This document shows, piece after piece, positions 39,101 to 50,167 of a stretch of DNA of 64,000 nt (position 1 is its first letter; the number at the start of each line of letters is the position of its first letter). The notes under the pieces are model-generated. The model saw only the letters and a program-made list of their open reading frames with translations. It searched no databases and was not told where the DNA came from. A program made the position numbers and the translations under genes. The stretch spans positions 23,237-87,236 of the forward strand of contig JAUCBJ010009044.1 of NCBI GenBank assembly GCA_032718475.1, read 5' to 3'. This stretch comes from Nemertoderma westbladi. Taxonomy: Eukaryota > Animalia > Xenacoelomorpha.

Positions 39101-42100
39101 CTAAAGACGTATGTAAATTCAAGTCTCGAACCAATGACAGGAGAGAACAGGTAAGAAAAACGCCTCCTACGTCTCCTAAGAGAATTCAGGTAAGAAAGCC
39201 CGAAGAAAGAACGAGTGTGCACAACGTTACTCAAAATAAGGTAAGTAATATCAAACCGAAATGTGCGCTGTGTGACGGGACCCACCGTTTGAATGTGTGT
39301 GATGAATTCCTAAAGAAATCATTAAAGGATAGACGGGAAGTCATGTGGGATAAGCGGTTGTGTTATAATTGCCTCAGACAAGGACATCAACGGCGAACCT
39401 GTTACTCCGACGCAAGGTGTGCGAAGTGCGGCGCAAAACATCATCTCTTGTTGCATACTGAATTCGAACGAAACAGCCCGAGTCAGGTAAGTGATTCTGA
39501 ACTACATGTCCAATTCAGTGATGTGAACGACACTGACCAAAGTTCTGAGATGGAAGGATTCTATACGGACGAATTCTCCGATGAAAACGAATCCTGTTAC
39601 CTGATAAATACCGCAGTGTATCGAGCACTTATGTATGAAAAGGACACCGATAGCGAGCTCCCCCTAACTACTTCTGACCGACAACCATCTTGGAAAGCAC
39701 CAACTTCCAATGTAGGAATCCGAGAATTTCCCGTAGTACAGTTGAGGGTCCATGGACCTAAAAGGAGTTATATAGTGAACGCCCTCCTTGACTCCGGTAG
39801 CACAGGAACATTCATCGACAAAGAACTAGCCGAAGACATCTTTGCTGGACAACCCAAGTTCCGAACTAAGTTAAACATGTCAGGAATTATGCAGGTTTGG
39901 AAATCTACAGTAATAGCGGATTATTATGTAGGTGCGTTGTCCACCCCCCAGGATGAACTAGGAGAACACAGTATAAGGTCAGTAAAAATGGTGGCGATAA
40001 AGAACTTCGCTACCAGCCAAGTAGAACCTTATAACTGGGATGAGGACGATTCCACCCAGCAGCTTAATATACCTAGATTCAACACAGATTACCCTGGAGT
40101 GCAAATACTCATCGGCCATAATGCGCATGAGGCGCTTGAGACATTGGAGAAACGGCCTGCTCAACCGCAACCACTACAAGCCTATGCGGGAAGAACTAGA
40201 GTGGGTTGGTACTTTACTGGCCCTTCCTATAGAACTCTCATGGAAAGATTACCAAAAGAACAGGTATATCAAGTAAAGGAATGGGAAGTAGAGAGCAGTG
40301 AGGTAGATGACCCAACTGAGGGAACACCATACTCATCAGATAATGACGATATCCACCAACTCTTCGACGAGGAGAATACCATCGATCTCCTTACGGAAAA
40401 CGAGACTTGGCAAAACCAAGTGAACCTCTGTCAACTCATTCGTCCATCAGGACAAGTCGACTATAACGACGAACTGAATGACGTAATCGAGCGCTATAAT
40501 GCGAAGACTCGAGATGAACACGCCGTACGATTCTTTACTCAAGAGGCTGTAGAGCCCAATTCCTACGATAAGGCCCTATCGGTAGAAGAAGAAAGAGCCA
40601 AGCAGATCCAGGAGACAACTACACGTTTTCTTAAAGATCAAGGTAGATATGAAATCGGTCTCCCATTCCGAAAGCGAGAACCAAAATTCATAAACAACCG
40701 ACCCTTGGCGGAGAAAAGAATTGCTCAACTACATCGACGCCTTACGGCAAATGCTTCAGATAAAGAAATGTATCAGACTCAGTTGAAGAAATTTATTAAC
40801 AAGGGATATGCGGAGCGAGTACCGGAAGAAACACCCCTAACTGAGAGAACGTACTATTTAACACATCATTACGTTCCCAAACCCGGTAAACCCCATGAGG
40901 TACGAGTAGTATTTGATGGCTCCGCCCTCTACATGGGCCAATCCCTTAATTCCGAGTTGTTACCAGGACCCAACTTACTCCAATCCTTGTTGGGAATACT
41001 CTTAAGATTACGACAATATTCAATCGCTTTCGCCTCCGATATAGAAGGCATGTTCTTACAAGTCAAGGCGCTGGATAGGGATCGAGATAGCCTACGATTT
41101 CTGTGGTGGCCTGAAGGAGACCTCAACCAGAAACCGGTGGAGTACTGGATGACCATCCAGGCCTTTGGGATCATCTCAAGCCCTTCAAACGCCTGCTCAG
41201 TGGTACGAACCACTGCTGATGACAACCGGGACACCTTCTCTAAAGAGGTGATCGACAACATCAAACGGGATATATACATGGATGACAATTTAAAGTCCCT
41301 CCCATCAGTGGAAGAAGCCATTGAAGTCGCCAAAGGAACGGTAGAGTGCTTAAAAAGAGGTGGATTTCGATTAACTAAATTCACCAGCAACTCCCGTGAG
41401 TTTCTGGAATCGATCCCGATAGAAGATCGAGGAGCGAAGGATCTAGACCTAATCAAAGACGATCTTCCAGAAACCAAAACACTTGGTTTGAAATGGGACA
41501 CAGAGAGAGATATCCTGTTTTTCCAACTCAAACAGCGAGATAATCCAGTTCGGACTAAACGGATTTGTTTAAGTATCCTGAGCACTTATTTCGATCCATT
41601 GGGATTTATTAGCCCAGTTATATTGATTGCTCGGAGTTTAGTACAACAAATGTGGCTTGAAAAGGGAGAACTATTAAAGAAGTGGATGAAATGGGAAGAT
41701 TCTCTACCAGCCATCGAGAACTTTATAATTTCCCGTTCATATTTTGGTCATGTTCTCCCTACGTATTCCTATTAACTCCATGTGTTTGGAGACGCCAGCG
41801 ATATGGGAATAGGTATAGTAGCCTACCTGAGAGTGGAAACTCCGGATGGAATCAAAGTCGCCTTGATTACCTCTAAGGCATTGATAAACAACAAGTTGAA
41901 AGTTCCTCGAGCGGAGTTAAAAGCGGCTTTATACGGTACAGCCATCGGCCGGAATGTAACAGAACAGATCGAATATCCACTGGAGAAAACTGTCTATTGG
42001 ACCGATGCTTTACTCGTGTTGGAGTATATAACCAATGAAGTCTGTCAGTTCAGCGTCTTCATTACCAACAGAGTAGCCATTATACTTAGTCGCACGAAGA

Positions 42101-44128
42101 TGGATCAATGGAGACATTGCCCCGGAACGATTAATCCAGCAGACATTGCCTCTAGGGGAGCAACTCCACAAGAACTGATAGATACTACAGACTGGTTAGG
42201 TGGACCCGACTTCCTAAGCAAAGAAGAGGATGAATGGCCTCCTCATCTTACTACAGCGGAGATTAGACAGGCCAAGGGAGCGGAGAAAGTCAAACCTAAA
42301 ACTCGGGCGAGTAAATCGAAGTTATTTAAACCCGTGGTAGATCTATCTGTACTACACACTTCTGGAGACGACGCTTTGGATCCGAAACCCACAGCCACAA
42401 ATAAGTCTGTTGTGGAAATCAGAGAGAAGGATTGGAAATCTGGAATACCAGACGTCTCGCAAGGACTCTCACCTCTCCTGCAGAGAGCGATATATCACTA
42501 CAGTTCCTGGAATCGGCTCTGTAAAGCCGTTACATATTTAAAGCGATGTTTTCATCATCACTACTCCAGGGCGAAGACCAATAGTGATACCGCTCCACTG
42601 ACATCGGTGCAGGTCCATGTTGTTAAAGATCTTCCCAAATATAAGATATCCGACAGGTTTCTGAAGGAGAAGATCAGTTATCAGGAGCATGAAGAAACCA
42701 ACAAGCAGATGCTGAGACTCCTGCAATGCTATGAGGATTCCGATAACTATTTCCTGTTGTTGAGAAATCCACAGATGCGCTTAAGGGATCGTTTCTCTTG
42801 CACAATGATAGATGGGTTGATACGTGTTGGAGGGAGATTAACTAATGCTCCATTATCCTTTGACACTAAGTTTCCCATACTCATTAGAAATCTTGAAATA
42901 CAAATCAAGATGATTGTAGATGTTCACAGCAAACTTTATCATGCTGGTAGAGAACGAGTTCTTAGCGAAATTCGAACTCGCTATTATTTTTATAAACCCC
43001 GTAGAGCTCTGAACCAAGTTCTTAGGAACTGCATACCCTGTAGGAAAGTATTCAGTAGGCCTTTAACACAGCGAGAGGCAGAATTACCTAGGGAACGAGT
43101 AAGCTTCTATGAACCACCCTTTACTAATACCGGTGTAGATTTATCTGGCCCTATTGAAGTATATCGTGCTAGGACTATAGTCAAGAGATGGTGTGTCATC
43201 TTTGTTTGTATGACTTGTAGAGCTATCCATCTCGATATGGTGAACAATTTATCTACCAACAGCTTCCTATTGAGCTTACGACGACAGATCGCTCGCTTTG
43301 GAACTAGTAACACGATGAGATCTGATAAGGGAACGAACTTCATTGGTGCCAACAATGAAATCAAAGCTTACGTCAAAGATTGGAACCAAAGACAGGTGGA
43401 CGATCAGCTAAGGGTAACAGCGTCTAGCTGGACCTTCAACGCCGCCGACTCCCCTTGGTGGGGAGGAGAGATTAATCAGGAGCGTGAAGACCGCATTTCA
43501 CTTCATAGTGCCGTGCCGCGCGTATCTCACCGACGAACTTTTGCGGATGTTAATGGAGGAAATCGCCGCCTATCTCAACGAGAGACTGCTTATGCCAGTC
43601 TCATCGAGTCCCGATTCCCTGGAAGCGCTAACACCCGCGCACTTCCTACTGAAGAAACCTGTAGCCATGCTCCCACGATCGGAAATCACAGACGGAGATG
43701 AATACTGCCGGCAAACTTGGCAACTTATGCAGTTGTTATCCCGTCGTTTCGCTGACCATTTCGAAAAACATTATCTGCCCACGCTACAACTTCGAACTAA
43801 GTGGTTTGCGCAGCAAGAAAACGTCAGCGCTGGAGACATGGTCCTTATTGTGGATTCAGATCTTCCACGTAAGCGGTGGCAGACGGGTCGTATCATCGAG
43901 ACTCACATCTCGGATGATGGTTTGGTGCGATCGGTAGAACTCGTCGTCATGTGACGTAACTTCAAGAAACCTGGAATTGTCTTCGAGACACAGCAGCTCA
44001 ATCGCCCAGTTGGTCGTTTATGTTTGCTGGAAAGAGACAGAGAACTCTCCGGAAACTATGGAAGGCAAGATACTCTTCCCACGACCACCTCCCTAATCCA
44101 ACCAACATCTAGGGACTCCCCAACGTAA
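36106..44128 (+). pseudogene. BEL/Pao gag-pol polyprotein, disrupted (TAA 38767, TAA 41773, frameshift near 43470, TGA 43952)
   Basis: ORFs 36106, 38782 and 41782 share one frame. Gag CALC..H..C / CYNCLRQGH..C / CAKCGAKHHLLLH; protease LLDSGS; RT YMDD; RNase H LHVFGDASD; integrase H..H..CIPC, GVDLSGP, SDKGTNFIGA; C-terminal YLPTLQLRTKW...RPVGRLCLL. Confidence 0.92.
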
Positions 44129-45760
44129 CAGCGTCTGGAGTGGGTGTGTGACTATATTATTTTATATTCTTATTATTTTATATTTATGTATGTATTATTA
44201 TGTAATTTTATTATAATCGTTTTCTTTAATTTTATTTAGTAGAATGTTATTTTAGCAATTATTTAGTAGATTAGTGCAATATATATTAGTGTTTATTACT
44301 TAATTACTTATATATTATATATTTAGAGCGACGGCGAGAAATAATTCTTTTTCTCTTTCCTTACTGTCCGTATTACATTACAAATACGTAACTACAGTAA
44401 GATGAAATATCCGTACTTATTAAAGTACAATAAAGCTCCTACTATATTCAAGTATTATTGGTAAAGTAGAGTATTAGGAATGCAAAATTCAGATCCTCGT
44501 GTCTCGGCTAAACCAAGCTCTGGGTAGACCTTGGAAACGACTTGCCTCTTCTCACTGACATTGCTTCTTGCGATATTGCTCTCATACCGTATATTAAATA
44601 ATACATATAGTAGCGTGATGTCCCTTTAACAGTAGCGTACAACGCAAATAAATCTGTTAAACCCTTTGACCATCTGTAATTCTAGTCGATTAAGATATCG
44701 CGGCACCCACCAATATACTTGAAAGACAAAATTCTAGAATCAGTGGTTAACGTCCCCAGACAAGTTCTGGAATAAACCGGTGCCCATCTTAAATATTAAT
44801 TATTAATATTTATAAAATCTGTCAAATTTCAGATACTTTAAAATTCTAGTCGATTAAGATATCGTAGCACTTACCGATATTCTTAAAAGACAAAATTCCT
44901 AGAATCAAGGATCCCAGTCCCCAGACATGTTCTGGAATAAAATTGTGTCTATTTAATATTAAATAATAAATTTTACGGGAATAAATTTAAATTCATATTT
45001 TAATGAATTTGATAAATTGTTATTTTTATACAATTTATAACATTCCCAAAATTACATTAATTAATAGATCATGGGAGCGGAGATTCACCCTATTAAGTAT
45101 ATTAGTGTGCGAGAATCTCCAATATATAGTCAATAGCCGATAAAATTCATAAAATCATGTATAAAGGGGATATTGACAATTAAAGAATTACTATTAAATA
45201 GCATCCCAGATCTGTATGCATGAGAATTACCCTAATTCTACCGCTAGCTTTCCATAATGTCACCATAGCAACAACCACGCTAGAATTCGAAGTGAGTTAA
45301 AAGAACAATAGAAAGCTTGCCCCATTGAATAGCATAGGGAATAAATAGCACACTGTTAGTATCCAAGGATACATAATAATAACGTGGCATTCTGGAAGGC
45401 ACTTGACTAACGGACAAATTTCCCGAATGTGTACAATTTGTGACAGTTGTGTGGAATTTGTGCGTTTATAGGTGAATGTTACTACTAAAGTGTGTTTACA
45501 GTAGCGAGTCGCAATTGTGAAAGTAGCCCTAACTCTGCAGCAAGAACCTGAAGTAAATCTAAGCCTTTGGGACGGACAGTGGAGTGACTTGTGCCGGTTA
45601 TCGTTGTCGTTGTGTAGCTTCTACGTTGGCGAAAACACAGCGACGACAGTACATCGGCGCTGAGGATCTTGCACTGTCCGGGGGCAGAGAGGGGTAGGCA
45701 GCGACGCCCGCTAGCCTAAATATAAACTCATTATAATATTGATAAACTCATACAGCAGAT

Positions 45761-48700
45761 ATGACTGAGTTGATAGAAGAGGATCTTGGTATCAGGGAGC
45801 GATATACTCTACCTTTACAAGCGTTTGTTGATAGCTTGATACACGGTGACGCTGGTCCAACTATTACGGAGGACGATGGTCGTTATATCGAACCGCCAAT
45901 GTCCCAGGAGCAACTTACGCGTGAATTGGATTATAGAAAATTCACCGCTCGCTATACGCATCGTAATACTGGCCATCCTATCGATTTACACGATACGGAC
46001 GATGTAGACACCGAAAGGGAAATGGTTTTATTTAAATATCATACCCAGCGGAGTCGGAACGATAAACCGAGAATAGAACACGAGAATTCTATTCGAAACA
46101 GACTCGAAAGGGAAGACGTTGAAGAGCCGGATAAACGCTGCGACTTCAACGATTATCTGGAATTCCTGAGAGAAACATATCTCAATATTGCCAGTCAACA
46201 AAATCTAGAAACTCGATATCCTCAAGGTATACATCATGACCCTATGATAGAACTCAAACGACTCTATTTCACTATGATGTATCTTACCGCCGATCGACCG
46301 CTACCTGTCGTCCCAGATAGCTTCGAACAGATGGAGGAATATTGTGAAACTGGAGAACGATCACCCGCGTTTCCCCTGCAGGACGTGCGTCTTTGGTATT
46401 ACTGCGATGAATGCCCTAGACCCAATCAGCAAACGGAAAGACATAAACATCCGCGGAGACGTTGCGCTAAACACAGTTTTACACGATATACTTATGGAAG
46501 TTTCGAGCGAAACCTGTTCGACGTATCACCTACGCTCGCTCGACTCAAACAATCCTTGAATAAACCAATGATCAGAGTTCCGGAATACTCGGTCAGACCT
46601 CCTCATTCCTCAGTGAGACCTCAAACGCTTGATCCTAATAGTATAACGGATCCCCCTGAACTGTACTCACTATTTAAAGATCTTGTGTTACCCGAACAGT
46701 TGATCGGTGGCACTCCGGTAGTGGGCTCACTAGATATTTGCCAACCTTACCTAGCCGGATTAGGACGCGGTCATCTAATATCGCCGTTTAACCCGTACAA
46801 CCGTCCAGGCTTAACCCCGATACAACCCGTTACTGAAGTCGAAGAGAGTGTTGTCCGAAACGCGTTAGATGCTATTCGGCAGAAGATCGGAAAAGGAACT
46901 TACGATTGTTTAGAGAAACGCAAATTGCAGCAACAAGTTCAAGCGGTGAAAGAATTAGCTTTACCCCAGTTCGATAGAGAAATCCAGAATCTCGAGGAAG
47001 ACATCGAACGTGGACGAACCTACTCTTTACAAGAGTTCCTAGACGAGCGTTTACAACAACAAGCGGAGGAAAATCAGCTCGAGGAGAAACACATAGAAAT
47101 GGATGAGAGAGAAGAAGCAGCTTTAGCCCAGCCAGAAGCTCAAATTCTTATGACGGATATCTATTCTAAAACCATCATCCATCCTTCGATGGTTCCCCAT
47201 TTCGGAGACAAACTCTTCGCCACGGCACAGCCTCAACCGGTTGATATCAACCTAAGATCTCGAGATCTTATCGCTGACACTCCCATGTTGCAACGTCCGC
47301 CAATCGAGGCCGCTCGTGTCGATGGTATACTCGTTGAACCTCCGGACAATAGAGCGGATCTTGTCCATCGTATGGTACACAATGTTAAGATACGCGCTAG
47401 ACCTTTACCGAACTCGTTTTATGGGATCAAAGATCACCCTTATTACGTCAATCTAACGCAATATTACATGGTAAAACCGGAAGATCCTACACATAGTCTG
47501 AGGTTTCTACCACTAATAAATCCTCTCGATCTTGTCGAACTCGAACAACTGCAGAAACATCTTGATCAGTTAGTTAAAGTAAACTCATTTCGAAAACCCT
47601 ATAATGTTTCCAGGATAGAGAAAGAGACAATACCTCCGTATAATCTTGATGGATTCATCAAAACTCGATTAGTACACTGGAATCTCGACGTGTTATTCGA
47701 GGAGGAAAGAATACAACGATATGGAGATGTAGAAACATATACTACACAATATTTAAAGTATAGAGATCTACCTAATGCTAGTGAATGCGCTACCTTGTGG
47801 CATCCAGTGGGAATGACTCTAGAAAACGCCACTAAAGAGTGGAATGAGACTCTTAACGTTATCGAGATGTATGGAGTTGTCACTTACGATAACGAAGGTA
47901 GCGTTCTGGTTGGAGAACTGGGAACTACGCGAATGATACACATACGAGGACTAGCTGGTTCTACCCACGTATTTACTCGAGCGTGTTCCGATGTGATTGA
48001 TTATTCTTTTGAGACCCTTACCGAGATACAAAAGAAACTCCGACATGGACAATTCGAACTCGCGCAGCGTTACGTCACTGACACCGAGCGCAAACCGGCC
48101 ATGGGTATCGATGGATCGATGTTACCCCAGCCCGTGCTCGAGATGTTGTTTAACGAAAGAATCCTTAAAATCGGCTCAGCTGTTTATGGAGATCTCCAAA
48201 ACGACTTTCGGAACATGGAAAACATTCCATACCCTTTCGTCGATACTCAGCTGATTGCTCCCTGGGCAGAAGGCCGAGGTTTCTTCCGCACTATGTATGC
48301 AAATACACCCAGCGGCATTACTAAAGTACAACGAACCTCCATCGGACATCTTGCCTTTCAAGAATACGGATGGAATTTCAAGGTTGGAAATCCTATCAAC
48401 TACCGACAAGTATATGGAGATCATTATTCTCGATTATACTTTGACGGACCATTGACCGCCCCTGGCGCCGTGTATAGCTTTATGAGTGTTCCACTTCGTC
48501 CCTCCTTAGCTATATACACGATCTTTGAAAACGCCGCACTTGCCGGTTGGCTAGCCGATGTGTGCAGTCGTACCATACGCGCCCATCCCTTAATACTTGG
48601 AACCAAACTCGCCAAGCTAGATGAAAACAATAAATTCATCCGCTTCGAATGTTTCAGGCGCTTTCTGACTCCGTTCCGTAACGTTGATAGTCAGTTCAAG

Positions 48701-50089
48701 GACCGCGCTCTGACCAAACTCAGCCTAAGAGACTTCCGTAACGTTGATAGTCAGTTCAAGGAACGCGCTCTGACCAAACTCAGCCTAAGAGACTCAGCTG
48801 CGGAGAAGTTAGACAGCGCGGGATTCGCCCTTTTCAAGGACGTTTGTATACAGAACTTACATTCATCTGTTATACAAAGACCTCGAATACCCACGGGTTA
48901 TTCTGTCGTGGAAGTTCAGACAGTTGGTTCGCTTGCGGAGACAGCCGCACCTATCTCAGCTATGCAATTGGAAGACGAACCAATATGCTTAGAATCTGAG
49001 GCGATCCAGCCTACAGCGCCCCGGAGCAGCGATAACGACTACGTCTTGGAATGGTATCAAGGTCCACAATGTCTCACCGCATACGATTATCGGCACGCCA
49101 ACTATGTTTCTCGAAAACGTTGCCGATTATGCACATCGAGAGATCATTTCACCCCTATGGACTCAGACGTACCCTGCTCCTATTTCCACGAACAACCGAT
49201 GATGGAGATCTATTGCGCGTATTGCAGACTCAATAACTCCCACATTTTTGCAGTTTGCCCCCAATTTATGACTCAATGCCACCACTGTCAACTTAAAGGA
49301 CATGCCAGTTTTAATTGCCCTTTTAACCGCGATTTGGAAAGCGTAGATGAGATGATTACCCTGCGCTACATCCGAGCTTGGGAAGCGAACGCGGATTTGC
49401 ATTGTGAGTCACGCCATCGCTATTACCCTGGACGCACCTACGAGGGAGTTTACGCGTTCCATCCTTATCTATTCGCGTCTGTTGAACAAAAAACAAGCAC
49501 ACCGAGTTACGGACTAATGAAGCGTGTTGGTGAGTGTATTTCCACCAAATTTGTTCGAAAATATCTCAGTGAGTGTATTTCCACCAAATTTGTTCGAAAA
49601 TATCTCAGGAACGTCAATCCTAACGATATTAATTCATACCATTTGATCAATTTCATCCGTCAAGACCCTGAGTATGGCGATTTATTTATCAACTCGCACC
49701 CTGAGTTACAGGAAGTATCTCGACGGCCCTACGAATATCGAGCCAGAGAACACGAGCTGGAAAGAACCATTAAACCGAGGAAGTTTCTCACCACTCACGG
49801 TCCACCTACCGCTATTGTCCAGACAACTCGTCAGGGACCAGTAGGAGCTGCCGTCCTAAGACGCGCCCTAAAGGCCGTTAGACCTCGCTCCACTGAAGTT
49901 GATATCGATCAACCAGGTACCTCGACCGGTGGATACACCGATCGTAATCCTAAACCTTCTGATGCAATTGTAATGCACCCTTCACCCAGGAGTTATAGCT
50001 CTCCTAGTAAAGTGGCTCGCCCCAAAGAGAAAAGGACTCTTGCTAGCCTCAAAAAACTGCGTAAACGCCGTCCGCGTAAGAAAGACTAA
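45761..50089 (+). CDS. Retrotransposon accessory ORF, 1442 aa: DEDDy 3'-5' exonuclease-like domain, Cys/His zinc fingers, basic C-terminus
   Basis: Uninterrupted ORF inside the LTRs. ExoI VVTYDNEG; ExoII LPQPVLEMLFNERILKIGSAVYGDL; FVDTQLIA; ExoIII-like PLRPSLAIYTIFE; CRLC..H, CAYC.....H....CP, CHHCQLKGHASFNC; ends KKLRKRRPRKKD. The ORF is certain; the domain call is by eye. Confidence 0.75.
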   Translation: MTELIEEDLGIRERYTLPLQAFVDSLIHGDAGPTITEDDGRYIEPPMSQEQLTRELDYRKFTARYTHRNTGHPIDLHDTDDVDTEREMVLFKYHTQRSRNDKPRIEHENSIRNRLEREDVEEPDKRCDFNDYLEFLRETYLNIASQQNLETRYPQGIHHDPMIELKRLYFTMMYLTADRPLPVVPDSFEQMEEYCETGERSPAFPLQDVRLWYYCDECPRPNQQTERHKHPRRRCAKHSFTRYTYGSFERNLFDVSPTLARLKQSLNKPMIRVPEYSVRPPHSSVRPQTLDPNSITDPPELYSLFKDLVLPEQLIGGTPVVGSLDICQPYLAGLGRGHLISPFNPYNRPGLTPIQPVTEVEESVVRNALDAIRQKIGKGTYDCLEKRKLQQQVQAVKELALPQFDREIQNLEEDIERGRTYSLQEFLDERLQQQAEENQLEEKHIEMDEREEAALAQPEAQILMTDIYSKTIIHPSMVPHFGDKLFATAQPQPVDINLRSRDLIADTPMLQRPPIEAARVDGILVEPPDNRADLVHRMVHNVKIRARPLPNSFYGIKDHPYYVNLTQYYMVKPEDPTHSLRFLPLINPLDLVELEQLQKHLDQLVKVNSFRKPYNVSRIEKETIPPYNLDGFIKTRLVHWNLDVLFEEERIQRYGDVETYTTQYLKYRDLPNASECATLWHPVGMTLENATKEWNETLNVIEMYGVVTYDNEGSVLVGELGTTRMIHIRGLAGSTHVFTRACSDVIDYSFETLTEIQKKLRHGQFELAQRYVTDTERKPAMGIDGSMLPQPVLEMLFNERILKIGSAVYGDLQNDFRNMENIPYPFVDTQLIAPWAEGRGFFRTMYANTPSGITKVQRTSIGHLAFQEYGWNFKVGNPINYRQVYGDHYSRLYFDGPLTAPGAVYSFMSVPLRPSLAIYTIFENAALAGWLADVCSRTIRAHPLILGTKLAKLDENNKFIRFECFRRFLTPFRNVDSQFKDRALTKLSLRDFRNVDSQFKERALTKLSLRDSAAEKLDSAGFALFKDVCIQNLHSSVIQRPRIPTGYSVVEVQTVGSLAETAAPISAMQLEDEPICLESEAIQPTAPRSSDNDYVLEWYQGPQCLTAYDYRHANYVSRKRCRLCTSRDHFTPMDSDVPCSYFHEQPMMEIYCAYCRLNNSHIFAVCPQFMTQCHHCQLKGHASFNCPFNRDLESVDEMITLRYIRAWEANADLHCESRHRYYPGRTYEGVYAFHPYLFASVEQKTSTPSYGLMKRVGECISTKFVRKYLSECISTKFVRKYLRNVNPNDINSYHLINFIRQDPEYGDLFINSHPELQEVSRRPYEYRAREHELERTIKPRKFLTTHGPPTAIVQTTRQGPVGAAVLRRALKAVRPRSTEVDIDQPGTSTGGYTDRNPKPSDAIVMHPSPRSYSSPSKVARPKEKRTLASLKKLRKRRPRKKD

Positions 50090-50167
50090 CTGTTTAGAGT
50101 TTTTTTATATTTTAGAAACTGTGATTTTTTATATTTTATAGAATTAAATCCCATTTTCTGGGAGCGG

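Noticed and set aside
38767-41775. Programmed readthrough or a variant genetic code at the in-frame TAA codons
   Set aside because: The stops fall inside Gag and RNase H rather than at a gag/pol boundary and co-occur with a frameshift; nonsense mutation is simpler
45761-50089. Envelope glycoprotein call for the extra ORF
   Set aside because: Position fits env, but I see no signal peptide, transmembrane anchor or ectodomain cysteine pattern; it has nuclease-like and zinc-finger motifs and a basic tail
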